From an uncultured virus (IMG/VR IMGVR_UViG_3300023094_000010) (lineage: Duplodnaviria > Heunggongvirae > Uroviricota > Caudoviricetes): 64,000 nt of DNA. The position numbers and the translations under genes are program-made. The stretch is taken from IMG/VR virus record IMGVR_UViG_3300023094_000010. One strand, 5' to 3'. The notes beneath the pieces are model-generated. The model did no database searches and had not been told where the DNA came from. It worked only from the letters and a program-made list of their open reading frames with translations. This document shows, piece by piece, positions 8,944 through 18,419 of the stretch (positions are counted from its first letter, which is position 1; each line of letters opens with the position of its first letter).

Positions 8944-9542
8944 TCCCTCGCACCGGGGTTATCCCGCCCAACGGGTACCATTTCATCGAGCGTCACGGCG
9001 ACGTCGAGAAGATCATCAACGGCACGTCGTACGAAAACGTCGCTGAGCAGCTGCTGAAGTATCGAGTTTCGAACCAGCTCCCGCTCGGCCGCCCGTACGA
9101 AGAGGTGTGCGCGTATGTGTGCGGCACGTGGCCACATTTCTGCACCGATCAAGAGCCTGTCGGTCTCGTGCCCGAGTCGAGCAAACCCACATTCACGATC
9201 GAGGTGCTGCAGTGGGTCCAGCTGCTTTGGAAGCGACAGGCGCACGTCCCCCAGCCCCTTGTAAACGACATGGAGGCCAATCGCCGGGCAGAGATTTGCA
9301 AGGATTGCCCGTTTCAAAAGGACTGGTCCGACTACGGCTGCGGCACGTGCGTAGACTCGGTGCGCCGACAATCCCTCGTGTTCCGCGCCGGCAAGGACGT
9401 TGCAGGCACGAAGAAGCCCATGGGGTGCTCAATTTTAGGCCAAGAAAACCACGCTGCGGTGTGGGCCGCCAAGGGTTCGTTGCCTGACATGACCCCTGAG
9501 CAGAAAGCGCAGCTTCCGGCACCGTGCTGGCGTCGCGCATGA
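8940..9542 (+). CDS. Cys-rich hypothetical protein
   Basis: 200 aa; ICKDCP, CGTC and PAPCW motifs; coupled to neighbours. Confidence 0.65.
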   Translation: MIPRTGVIPPNGYHFIERHGDVEKIINGTSYENVAEQLLKYRVSNQLPLGRPYEEVCAYVCGTWPHFCTDQEPVGLVPESSKPTFTIEVLQWVQLLWKRQAHVPQPLVNDMEANRRAEICKDCPFQKDWSDYGCGTCVDSVRRQSLVFRAGKDVAGTKKPMGCSILGQENHAAVWAAKGSLPDMTPEQKAQLPAPCWRRA

Positions 9543-9790
9543 TCCGGCCAAAGATAATGACCGCCGTCAGCGCCGCGTGGCGGGCGACGCGGTATTTTCT
9601 CTGGCACGGCCGCATCCAAATTTCGGATACAGACCGCGAGGCACGGCTCCGAATTTGTCTGGCCTGCCCGCATTACAAACCAGTTTCGAAGCATGAACTG
9701 ATGGGTCAGTGCAAAATTTGCACCTGCATCGTGCAGGCCAAGACCCGCCTGATCACCGAGAAGTGCCCCAAGGATTTATGGATACTCTAA
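9539..9790 (+). CDS. Small Cys-rich zinc-finger-like protein
   Basis: RLRICLACPHY...CKICTC...KTRLITEKCPKDLW. Confidence 0.65.
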   Translation: MIRPKIMTAVSAAWRATRYFLWHGRIQISDTDREARLRICLACPHYKPVSKHELMGQCKICTCIVQAKTRLITEKCPKDLWIL

Positions 9791-10410
9791 CCGCCCCCTA
9801 TTTCATCATCGGCCCAGCAGAAAACGGCAAATCGACAGTTCGAAAAAAGCTGTGCGCCCTGACGGGTCTCAAAGGAGGCTCGTGCTCCGACGTCATCTTC
9901 ACGATTTGGTCTCTCGTGTCGGGGAAGAGCGAGGAATCGCTCCGAGCGATCCCGAAAAGCGAGTCGCGCCCGGCCTTGGTTGCCCTCGGAGACTGGCTCA
10001 CCGGTGGGACACCTGACGCGGATGGGTTCCGCAGGCCGGTGAAGAGTTTTGTCGAGAATTTTCCCCACCACCTCGTCGAGGGAGACCCGTCCTTGCTCGT
10101 CGACAGCAAGCTGCCGCTGCCCAACCCGTCCTTTATGATCCACTTTTTGTGGAAAAACGGGTACCGGGTGATCGACGGCATCCGCCGGGAGGATGAATTG
10201 GCGTGCTCTTACCCTCCTTTGGAGTGGGTGGGCGCTCGTCCGCTCATCGTCCGCGTCGAAGACCCTCGAAAAGAGGCCGTGGTCGGAGATAACTTCAATA
10301 TCCGGGACTTTTGGACGGATTTCGACCTCGTGAACGATGGAGAATTGGACGATTTGGACGCTAAAGTGCTCCAGCTCACTCAATTCTATCATCACATGCT
10401 TTTGGAGTGA
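9778..10410 (+). CDS. P-loop kinase, dNMP kinase-like
   Basis: N-terminal IIGPAENGKST and VIDGIRREDE (D-x-R-x-x-x-E) motif. Confidence 0.6.
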   Translation: MDTLTAPYFIIGPAENGKSTVRKKLCALTGLKGGSCSDVIFTIWSLVSGKSEESLRAIPKSESRPALVALGDWLTGGTPDADGFRRPVKSFVENFPHHLVEGDPSLLVDSKLPLPNPSFMIHFLWKNGYRVIDGIRREDELACSYPPLEWVGARPLIVRVEDPRKEAVVGDNFNIRDFWTDFDLVNDGELDDLDAKVLQLTQFYHHMLLE

Positions 10411-10435
10411 TTATTTTTCGGTTTTAATCACCCGC

Positions 10436-10444
10436 GTAGACTCT
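10436..10444 (+). promoter_or_regulatory. GTAGACTCT late motif, copy 3
   Basis: 9 nt before ATG 10454. Confidence 0.75.
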
Positions 10445-10453
10445 GATTCAGAC

Positions 10454-12520
10454 ATGACCAGCGCCCTCATCCCTGTCAGCGACGAAAACACCCCCGCCTC
10501 GCTGACTTCCGACGGTGCGGGCGTGAATACGCCGGACGTCGGCCGCAGCCTCAAGCCGAAGCGCCGTTCCATCACCTCGGTCAGCCAGCTGAACAACATC
10601 GCGGCCAATCTGGAGGACGCCGGCAAGGGTCGTAACCTCAAAAACGGCAAGATCGCGGCCCGCTACGACTCGGAGCGCCCGTACAATGCCGAGGAGCTCA
10701 AATCGGAAGGCCTCGCGTGGAAGAACAATTTTTCCACCAAGCCCCTCGCGACCGCGATCGACAAGATTCCGCCGCGTCTGACCCGGGCGGTCCACAACGC
10801 CCGGTATCTGACCTCGGCGTCCCTCCCCGACACCGTCGAGGGCGGCAAGCTCAAGACGGAGAAGTTCCGCGCCGGCATCACGAAGCTCGTCCGTGCTTGG
10901 CCGGGCTGGCGGCCCTTCCTGAATGAGGTGGCGGCCGAGAATGCGACGTACGGGTTCACCTCCGTGTCGTGGCTTGATCGTTACTCGTGGAAACCCACTC
11001 ATTTTCGTCAGGACCATTTTTTCGTTCCCGACCAGACCAAGCAGTCGTCTGCGTATTGCCAAATCTGGATCGGTCGCCAAGAGATCCAGATTTTTGAGCT
11101 CGTCAATTTGATCGACGACCCCGACACGGCGGCCGCCGCCGGCTGGGATTTGGACGAGGCCGTTGCAGCGATCAACGAGGCGTCCTCCAAGGACACCAAT
11201 CAGACGGCCTCGCCGTACACCGATGCCCGCACCTACGAGGACGCGATCCGCGAATCGTCCGTCTACCGCTCCCTGCAACAGGGTGCGAAGGTGATCGAGC
11301 TGAATCATTTCCTCGTTGCCGAGGCGGATGGATCGGTCAGTTATTACATGACCAACGCCCGCGGTAAGAAGGGCCTGCTTCGACAGCAGCTGGATTTGTA
11401 CGACTCGATGGAGCAGGCTCTGTCGTTCTTCAGCTATCAGCAGGCCAACGGCCTCTTGATGGGCTCCAAGGGCATCGGCCGCGAGCTGTTCGAACTGGCT
11501 GGTGCCGTTGACCGCGCACGCAACGAGGCCGTCGACCGACTCATGCTGTCTGGCAAGACGTGGATTCGAGGCACCGACAAGGCGCTGGAGCGTCTGCGTC
11601 TTTCGATCGTCGGCAATTTGGTGCTCCTGCCGGAGGCGTTCGAGGTCGTGGAGAATAAGATCACGGCCGGCGCGGCGGAGTTCCGCGAGCTGTCCATCAT
11701 GCTCACCGAGTTGATGGATCAGATCGCCGGCGGCGTTACACCAAAGCAGTTGCAGGGCGAGCGCGTCACCGCAGCGCAGGTGAACGTCTACACCGCCCGT
11801 GAGGAAGAGAAGCGCGACGACATCACCGAGCGTTTTCTTCTGCAGGTGGCGGAGGTCGTGCAGGTGGTGCAGCGTCGTATCGCCGACTCCGAAACCATCG
11901 ACAAAGATGCCAAGCGTCTCCGGGAGGAACTGCTTCGTCACATGACCCCCGAGCAGCTCAAAGAAATCGCGGACGAGCCGGCACTCCGCACGATCGATGA
12001 CTGGACCGCCGACGAAGCGCAGAACATCATCCTGTTCGCACAGGAGAAGCGCAACGACCCCCTTTTCGACCAGTACAAGCTTGCCCTGAAGGCCACGTCG
12101 GCCCGCGTCAACGCCGAGTTCGCCGAGGACGTTCTCCTCCCCGTCAACGATGCGACGCAGGAGGCCGAGCAGGCCCGCATGCAGGTACTCGAAAACATCG
12201 CCCTCGGCTTGGGCAAGGAGATGCCGGTTTCGTCCCGCGATAACCATCGCATCCACGCGGACGTCATCAAGGCCGATTTCTCCGAGCTCTTCCCGGCCCT
12301 CGCATCGAATCCCGACTTGCTCCCCGAGATTCAGGCCAAGCTCGCCCATTGGCAGGCGCACTTCGAAGCCGCCCTCGAGGGGGGTGCGGTGGCCGACGAT
12401 TGGGCCGAGGACAAGACGATGCTCGACGCTGTCGCGGCCGAGTTGCAGGCGCTCCAAGCCCCGCAGCCGGCCGTCCCAGCCGAGGAAGTCCCTGCGGACA
12501 CCGCGTTGGCCCCGGTCTAA
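10454..12520 (+). CDS. Portal protein
   Basis: 688 aa, helical; position before scaffold and capsid; GERVTAAQV resembles podoviral portal C-terminal motifs. Confidence 0.7.
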   Translation: MTSALIPVSDENTPASLTSDGAGVNTPDVGRSLKPKRRSITSVSQLNNIAANLEDAGKGRNLKNGKIAARYDSERPYNAEELKSEGLAWKNNFSTKPLATAIDKIPPRLTRAVHNARYLTSASLPDTVEGGKLKTEKFRAGITKLVRAWPGWRPFLNEVAAENATYGFTSVSWLDRYSWKPTHFRQDHFFVPDQTKQSSAYCQIWIGRQEIQIFELVNLIDDPDTAAAAGWDLDEAVAAINEASSKDTNQTASPYTDARTYEDAIRESSVYRSLQQGAKVIELNHFLVAEADGSVSYYMTNARGKKGLLRQQLDLYDSMEQALSFFSYQQANGLLMGSKGIGRELFELAGAVDRARNEAVDRLMLSGKTWIRGTDKALERLRLSIVGNLVLLPEAFEVVENKITAGAAEFRELSIMLTELMDQIAGGVTPKQLQGERVTAAQVNVYTAREEEKRDDITERFLLQVAEVVQVVQRRIADSETIDKDAKRLREELLRHMTPEQLKEIADEPALRTIDDWTADEAQNIILFAQEKRNDPLFDQYKLALKATSARVNAEFAEDVLLPVNDATQEAEQARMQVLENIALGLGKEMPVSSRDNHRIHADVIKADFSELFPALASNPDLLPEIQAKLAHWQAHFEAALEGGAVADDWAEDKTMLDAVAAELQALQAPQPAVPAEEVPADTALAPV

Positions 12521-12526
12521 TTTTTC

Positions 12527-12778
12527 ATGCTCCCACCCACAGTTAAGAAACCGGCGTGGAATACTTTCGACGCCGAGCAGACTCGAATCTTTTTGGACAG
12601 CGCCGTAGGGCAGCGTTTACTGACGCGCCTCATGTATGCAGTTCCTGAATACGGCAAGTTTACCTCGATCGAGGAGCGTGCTGTGAAATCCGGGCAGGTG
12701 GAAGGATACGAACTTTGTGTCGGCTCCATCCAAGCCCTTCGTGAGCCCGACCCCGAACCCAAGAATCAGCAGACCTAA
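12527..12778 (+). CDS. Small head-assembly-region protein
   Basis: 83 aa between portal and scaffold, usual position for a small head-assembly gene. Confidence 0.55.
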   Translation: MLPPTVKKPAWNTFDAEQTRIFLDSAVGQRLLTRLMYAVPEYGKFTSIEERAVKSGQVEGYELCVGSIQALREPDPEPKNQQT

Positions 12779-12786
12779 TTTTTCCC

Positions 12787-14106
12787 ATGCCACTCCCCAC
12801 CGAATCGAACATCATTGACGAAGATCCCACTTCAGGCCCGGCGCTTGATGCCCTTTACAAGGAGCACGGCGATGAGCCGGCCGCCGGTGAGAGTCCTGCC
12901 GAAGCCGCACCGGCGGCCGTTCCGGAAGCCAAGCCGGTCGCGGAGCCGAGCGTTTCTGCGGTCGAGAAGCCCGTCGATGAACCGGCCCCCGCAGACCCAA
13001 AAACCGATGATGGTTTGCCCGCCGAGGCCCCTGTGTCGCGGGTGCCCGCTGTCGATGAAGTTCAGCCGGCGGCGGTCGTTGAAGAGACAGACCTCACCCT
13101 CAAGGCCTTCGACGAGGTCAAGCTTCGTCCGGATGCGTCGCAGAAGACGAAGGACACGTTCGCCAATTTGAAGAAGATTTCGACCGAGGCTCTTCGCGCT
13201 GCCAACGCCGAGAAGCTTCGTCTCCGTCAGGAGCATGAGCAACAGATCGCCGATCTTCGCAAGACCATCACGGCTCCGTCCACTGAGTTGTCCCCCGAGG
13301 TGAAGGCCGAGCTCGAAGCCCTGCGCGGCTTCAAGGCGACTTTCGACATCGAGAACGACCCCAAGTTCAAGGAAGAGATCGCCACCAAGATGGAGATCCC
13401 CAAGAACGCCAACTACGACGCCATCTACGCGGTGTTGCAGTCGCATGGACTGCCTGATTCCGAGGTGAAGGCCGTGCGCGAGATGTCCGAAGCCGACCGT
13501 GTCGCCAACATCGGCGAGTTCATGGAGAAGCTTCCGCGCCTTTCGCGCATGAAGGTCGAAGCCAAGCTCCTCGAAAATCTCAACCTCGACAGCGCCCGTG
13601 AAAAAGCTATCGCCGAGGCCCGCAACGCGGCGGCCGGCAAAAAGGCCGAATTCCGCGAGGCCCCCGAGAAGCTTCGTGAGAAGGAGGTCGCCGAGGTGAA
13701 ATCGCATGCCGACCGCTTCCGCGCTCACACGGTGTTCAAAAAGCACGAGGTCACCGCCGGCACCCCGGCCGAGGAAAAGAAACGCTTCGAGGCTGAGAAC
13801 GCCCGCATCGATGGCCTCACCAAGATCTATGAGGAAGCCGTCAGTGACGCCACCCCCGCCGGACGCGCCGAGAACGCGTTTGGCGTCGTCCTCGCGCATC
13901 ATTTCAAGGCGCAGGCCGACGCGGCCACCGCCAAGATCCAGAAGCTCGAAGCCGAACTCGAGGCGATCAAGAAACGTGGCGGCTTGGGCAACCTCGGCAA
14001 GGTCGTAAACACCCCCGCCGATGGCGTGCGTCCGAAGGTGGACGCCGACCGCGACGCCGGGGCCAGCCTCGACGACTTGGCCAAGGCCGCGGGTATTCCC
14101 GTATGA
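12787..14106 (+). CDS. Scaffolding-like protein
   Basis: Acidic Pro/Ala-rich N-terminus, long coiled coil, between portal and capsid. Confidence 0.6.
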   Translation: MPLPTESNIIDEDPTSGPALDALYKEHGDEPAAGESPAEAAPAAVPEAKPVAEPSVSAVEKPVDEPAPADPKTDDGLPAEAPVSRVPAVDEVQPAAVVEETDLTLKAFDEVKLRPDASQKTKDTFANLKKISTEALRAANAEKLRLRQEHEQQIADLRKTITAPSTELSPEVKAELEALRGFKATFDIENDPKFKEEIATKMEIPKNANYDAIYAVLQSHGLPDSEVKAVREMSEADRVANIGEFMEKLPRLSRMKVEAKLLENLNLDSAREKAIAEARNAAAGKKAEFREAPEKLREKEVAEVKSHADRFRAHTVFKKHEVTAGTPAEEKKRFEAENARIDGLTKIYEEAVSDATPAGRAENAFGVVLAHHFKAQADAATAKIQKLEAELEAIKKRGGLGNLGKVVNTPADGVRPKVDADRDAGASLDDLAKAAGIPV

Positions 14107-15143
14107 GTTTTCTCTCAGATCTGGTCGTCTCCAAGTGCAAAGAACTCGGCCCCGTCAAGGCCGCCGAGTTCTTTGCAGTCGGCGAGAGCTTGGTCCGCCA
14201 GTGGATCGCAGGCTCCAAGCCGGTGTCGCTCGCGGCCGTCGATAAAGTCTTTGCTCCCGCGAGCGAGGGCTTTGCAGGCGTGTCGTGGGAGGGCAAGAAG
14301 GTGATGCTGATGCTGCCGTGGTATAAAACCACGCACCCGCTCACCGCGTTCTGCCTGCTCGCCCTCTTGGACAAGGCCAAGATGGGCGCTGCCATGGAGT
14401 TCGGAGACGCGATGATCGCGCATGCCCGTAACCGGCTTCTGGATACGCTGGTCAGCTCCGGGATCGAGCACGGATTTTTTCTCGACGACGATATGATCAT
14501 CCCGTGCGGCAACGCCGGGTGGTTCAATCGTTACACAGGACTGGCTATCCCAGAGAATTTCGCCGGACTTAACACTCTCGATCGTCTGGCGTCGCACAAA
14601 AAGACGTTGGTGTCGGGGCTGTATTTCCAGCGCAAGGAGAACGGACGGCCGGTGTATCTCGAGGGTTTGCTGGAGACATCCGCCGGCGATGTTGAGGCCC
14701 GCGAAGCGCGGCAGGCTCCCGCAGATCGGCTGAAAGAAACCGAGTGGGCCGGCACTGGATGCCTGCTTGTTCATCGCTCGGTCCCGCTGGACATCCGTGA
14801 GAAAATGCCGTGGCTGGCTCCGCTGGCGGCGGGCGAGGCGTGGCACTATTTTTCCTCGGCCTCGGATGCGTTGATCAAGACGTTGCCTGATGTTTCCACA
14901 CAGCTGTCGGTCGCGCTCGAAGAGTATTCAAAATCTGGAGACGCGTCCGGGCTGGAAACGAATATGGCGGAGGCGGCTGCGAAGATTTCGACGCTTGTTG
15001 CATCGGCCACGAAGGCGAATCGATTGAACGACGGCGAGGACGCCGTCTTTGGTCGCCGCGCCAAGTTGTGCGGCCATCCGACTTTCGTGGATTTCGGAAT
15101 TGTCTGTGGCCATCTGGGTGGTAAGGTCTACGCCACCAAATAA
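14103..15143 (+). CDS. HTH-glycosyltransferase (GT-A-like) fusion
   Basis: N-terminal KAAEFFAVGESLVRQWIAG (HTH-like); IAHARN, FLDDDM, AGTGCLLVHR, GEDAVF and CGH GT2-like motifs. Confidence 0.65.
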   Translation: MSFLSDLVVSKCKELGPVKAAEFFAVGESLVRQWIAGSKPVSLAAVDKVFAPASEGFAGVSWEGKKVMLMLPWYKTTHPLTAFCLLALLDKAKMGAAMEFGDAMIAHARNRLLDTLVSSGIEHGFFLDDDMIIPCGNAGWFNRYTGLAIPENFAGLNTLDRLASHKKTLVSGLYFQRKENGRPVYLEGLLETSAGDVEAREARQAPADRLKETEWAGTGCLLVHRSVPLDIREKMPWLAPLAAGEAWHYFSSASDALIKTLPDVSTQLSVALEEYSKSGDASGLETNMAEAAAKISTLVASATKANRLNDGEDAVFGRRAKLCGHPTFVDFGIVCGHLGGKVYATK

Positions 15144-15856
15144 TGCTCGTCCTCGCACTTCAGTATTGGAACGGCGATCGTGAACAGGCGCTGACCCTCG
15201 CCCGGCGCATCGCCGACATCGAGAGTCAGCGCCGCACTGACGTGGCCATCGAGTTCGTGCTGCGGTTTGACGCCAAGCCACCGTCCCCCGAGACGATAGC
15301 GTATGTCGGCGAGAAGTTCAATGTCAGCGTGTATCGTTGTTTGCGGCGTGGCGAGGGTCACCCCTCCGGGTGCAACGACATGGTCCACGATTATTTCGGG
15401 AAGTGTTGGGAGCGTTGGCTTCGCGACCGGGTGTTCCACGATAACGTCGATGGGGTCTGGCTCTTCGAAGGAGATAACGTGCCGCTCCGAAAGGACTGGC
15501 TCGACGTGATGGTGGCCGAGTGGAAAGAGGCCCGGGAGGCCGGCAAATGTGTGCTGGGGTGCTGGGAACCCTACCCCGAGGGCGTCGGGCACATCAACGG
15601 GAACATGATCGTCGCCCCCGACATTTACGGACGGATCAAGGGCCTTGAAGGCTGCCCGTCTCAGATTGCATGGGATTTTTTCCACGCCGAGAAGTTTGCT
15701 CCCCTTTGGTTTAAGAGTAAGCACCTCATTAATTTATACAAGCAGCGTGAGGTGGCCGAGACTAAGTTGTTCACGAAATCCGGTGCAGCGAGGTACGCAA
15801 ACTGCCACGGAGTGAAAGACAATTCGGTGTACGACATGGCCTTGAAGAAGTTCTGA
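15143..15856 (+). CDS. Glycosyltransferase-like protein
   Basis: WLFEGDNVPL and HINGN motifs; coupled to upstream GT. Confidence 0.5.
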   Translation: MLVLALQYWNGDREQALTLARRIADIESQRRTDVAIEFVLRFDAKPPSPETIAYVGEKFNVSVYRCLRRGEGHPSGCNDMVHDYFGKCWERWLRDRVFHDNVDGVWLFEGDNVPLRKDWLDVMVAEWKEAREAGKCVLGCWEPYPEGVGHINGNMIVAPDIYGRIKGLEGCPSQIAWDFFHAEKFAPLWFKSKHLINLYKQREVAETKLFTKSGAARYANCHGVKDNSVYDMALKKF

Positions 15857-16503
15857 TGGGGTCTTTAGAAGATAGAAAAGAGAAGCATCGTCTGCGTGCA
15901 GTCGAGTACCGGGCCAAGAATGCAGAGCGATTGAGAGCGTACGCTCGTAATAGAGCGAGGCAGATTAGGGTAGAAGAGCCCGGCATGCTCCGAGATAAGC
16001 TTAAAGAATGGAGACGTAAAAATCCAGATAAAGTAGCTTCCCAGCAACGCAGGGCTGCAGAACGTCGACACGCTGCTGGCATAGAATACGGTCGGAGGAC
16101 CCGGGCTAGCCCGGAGTATAAAGCACGCATGCAAGAATGGCGTCAGAGGCCCGAAAATTTAATTCTGATACGCATCAGGACCCGGTTTAAACGCACCATG
16201 AGGTCGGCCTTCAAAGGCACGCTTTCATCGCGGAGCCGTGATGCGGACGCCGTTCGGTTTTTATTGTGGTCGGCCGAAAAACGGGGAATCGATCCTCGGG
16301 ACGGGAAACATTGGCACGTAGATCACGTACGACCCGCGAGCGCGTTCGCGAGGGATGAGGCGGGAATAAATGAACCCGAGAACTTACGATGGACGTCGGC
16401 CAAGGAAAATTTAGTGAAGAACGATCGTGCTCCCACAGAGGAGGAGATTAAAGATGCCCGTGAGCATGCGATGGAGTGGAGAAAATCTATTTCACAAATT
16501 TAA
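15856..16503 (+). CDS. HNH homing endonuclease
   Basis: WHVDHVRP...PENLRWTSAKENLVK; basic N-terminus; AT-richer codons than neighbours. Confidence 0.8.
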   Translation: MGSLEDRKEKHRLRAVEYRAKNAERLRAYARNRARQIRVEEPGMLRDKLKEWRRKNPDKVASQQRRAAERRHAAGIEYGRRTRASPEYKARMQEWRQRPENLILIRIRTRFKRTMRSAFKGTLSSRSRDADAVRFLLWSAEKRGIDPRDGKHWHVDHVRPASAFARDEAGINEPENLRWTSAKENLVKNDRAPTEEEIKDAREHAMEWRKSISQI

Positions 16504-16511
16504 CGACTAGA

Positions 16512-16520
16512 GTAGACTCT
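16512..16520 (+). promoter_or_regulatory. GTAGACTCT late motif, copy 4
   Basis: Starts the long leader of the capsid gene. Confidence 0.75.
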
Positions 16521-16686
16521 TGTTTACAAGGCGCTCTAAGCACAGGCATCCACGTAGCGCAGGGAGGCAAAAGAATCGGCCCTAGAAGTCCAGCTGGCCG
16601 ACGGACGAAGCGAGCATCGCGGTCTTCCCGCAATGGCGACGTTCGTTCATCCTATTCTTTTGCGGGAATCGTCAGCGTTTCCTCCC
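16521..16686 (+). promoter_or_regulatory. Structured 5' leader of major capsid gene
   Basis: GCAAAAGAAT(16567)/ATTCTTTTGC(16654) stem enclosing two hairpins; GGGAGG(16562)/CCTCCC(16681) can pair just before the ATG. Confidence 0.55.
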
Positions 16687-17910
16687 ATGCCCTTTACTCC
16701 CGCAGCTGCCTCCGACATCGCGTCGAAGGACACCAACCGCCTCCAAGGCGCGATTGCCCGCGCTCTTGCCGTTAACTCCCCGTGGGTCAACGTGCTCAAG
16801 GGTGGCGTTTTCCCGTCCGGCGTCTCCGACACCGTCCGTTCCGTCGTTCAGGAAATGGCCCTCCCGGCCGACTCTCTGACCATCCCGACCTTCACCGAGA
16901 CCTCCATCATCTGTGCGCCCGTCGTCAGTCAGGACAACGTCGCCACCACCGAGTACGACTACAAGCTCGGTACCAAGCGCGGCACCGGTCCTCGCATCTG
17001 TGTGAAGGGTGCTTACGCGGCCTTCCGCGGCTCCTATCTCGCCGCCGAAGACTCGATGAAGAAGCTGATGTTGGAATATATCAATTATGATATCCGGGCA
17101 CAACTCTATCTCCGTTCGGGAGTTAAGTTCGTCGCCGGCAACTCCGGTACCGTCACCTTCTCGCAGGGCCTCACCGGCGGCGAGTCGCAGATCGATGTGG
17201 GCTTCGCCAACGTCGCCGAGATCAACATCGGCCAGCTCTCGTTCAAGGCGCTCCATCAGATCGCCCGTTACAACAAGGAAGTGCTCCTCGGCGAGCAGTT
17301 CGACGACGGCTCCGCCACGGCCCACTACAAGTTCATCGGCGGCTCCGACATCATCGAGAAGTTCCGCGAAGAATCCGGCGTCAAGGAAGTCCTCATCGCC
17401 CTGACCACCGGCAACGTCAAGTTCGGCGAGACCTCCCTCCGCGGCTACAGCTGGGAGTCGGCCACCCCGTACCGTGGCATCCAGTTCGGTGTCGACCAGC
17501 GCCCCCTCCGCGCCTCGGCCGTCGTCAACGGTGTCCCCACCCTCGTGCAGCCGTACATCAGCGTCGCCACGACCAAGGGTAACGCCCGCCGCGTCAATCC
17601 GGCTTGGGTCAGCGCCCCGTTCGAGGTCGGATTCCTCGTTGGTGACAACACCTTCGAGCGTCTCGTGCCCCAGAGCTTCACCGGTGAAGGCTCCTTCAAG
17701 TTCGCGCCCCAGCTGGCCATGGGCGAACTGCAGTGGCACTATCAGGTCGACAACGCGGACAATCTCTACGGCGACTCCGGTTTCCACAAGTACGAGATCA
17801 CCCGCGCCTACCGCCCGATCCGCCCGGCCAACGTCATCCCGATCGTGTTCCGTCGTTGCCCGTACGACACCGGCATCGTGAGCTGCCCGACCTCGGGTAG
17901 CATCCTCTAA
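16687..17910 (+). CDS. Major capsid protein
   Basis: About 407 aa, very strong C-ending codon bias, follows scaffold region, strong terminator downstream; alternative start at 16633. Confidence 0.8.
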   Translation: MPFTPAAASDIASKDTNRLQGAIARALAVNSPWVNVLKGGVFPSGVSDTVRSVVQEMALPADSLTIPTFTETSIICAPVVSQDNVATTEYDYKLGTKRGTGPRICVKGAYAAFRGSYLAAEDSMKKLMLEYINYDIRAQLYLRSGVKFVAGNSGTVTFSQGLTGGESQIDVGFANVAEINIGQLSFKALHQIARYNKEVLLGEQFDDGSATAHYKFIGGSDIIEKFREESGVKEVLIALTTGNVKFGETSLRGYSWESATPYRGIQFGVDQRPLRASAVVNGVPTLVQPYISVATTKGNARRVNPAWVSAPFEVGFLVGDNTFERLVPQSFTGEGSFKFAPQLAMGELQWHYQVDNADNLYGDSGFHKYEITRAYRPIRPANVIPIVFRRCPYDTGIVSCPTSGSIL

Positions 17911-17927
17911 GGAGGACCGGTCAGAAC

Positions 17928-17961
17928 AAAAAGCCCTCCGAGCAATCGGAGGGCTTTTTTT
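17928..17961 (+). terminator. Rho-independent terminator
   Basis: AAGCCCTCCGA-GCAA-TCGGAGGGCTT followed by T run. Confidence 0.9.
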
Positions 17962-17963
17962 GT

Positions 17964-17972
17964 GTAGACTCT
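17964..17972 (+). promoter_or_regulatory. GTAGACTCT late motif, copy 5
   Basis: Immediately after the terminator, 7 nt before ATG 17980. Confidence 0.8.
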
Positions 17973-17979
17973 CAGTTAC

Positions 17980-18411
17980 ATGGCCAAGTGGGACGCATTC
18001 GACGGAAAAAATATCCTCCTGAAAAATTGGTTGGACGCCTTCCGTGCGGACAAGGCCATCACGGACCCGCTCACTCGTTGGGAGCCGATCGACGGCGATT
18101 ACGCGATCTTGCGGAAGCTGCTTTTCTGCTACAACGAGGCGTACAACTCACCCGACACGTCTGAGGCCTCGTGGCGTCCGATGGACACCGAGAACGACGT
18201 TATCCGTAAGATCCTCGGCGCTCTCCGCCTCGCTCCCGCCATTTCTTCCGGGCCGGCATACGAGTGGCGTCCGATCGACGGTACCCGCGACATCCTTTCC
18301 AAGATCCTTCGAGTCACGTGCGAGATCAACGCCGATCCGGACCCTCAGGCAAATGTCCAGCCCATGGACAACGAAATCTGGCTCCTGCGCAAAATCGTGG
18401 GGCAGCAATAA
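17980..18411 (+). CDS. Five-repeat protein, putative virion decoration
   Basis: Five repeats like W-x-P-x-D-x5-(L/I)-R-K-I-L. Confidence 0.7.
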   Translation: MAKWDAFDGKNILLKNWLDAFRADKAITDPLTRWEPIDGDYAILRKLLFCYNEAYNSPDTSEASWRPMDTENDVIRKILGALRLAPAISSGPAYEWRPIDGTRDILSKILRVTCEINADPDPQANVQPMDNEIWLLRKIVGQQ

Positions 18412-18419
18412 GTTTTTCC

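Noticed and set aside
9351..9359. GTAGACTCG near-match to the late motif
   Set aside because: One mismatch, inside a CDS, no nearby start codon.
10448..12457. Long antisense ORFs (also 18679-20481, 23400-25163, 26942-28756, 16672-17787)
   Set aside because: Shadow frames typical of GC-rich genes with C-ending codons; no motifs, and they fully overlap credible + strand genes.
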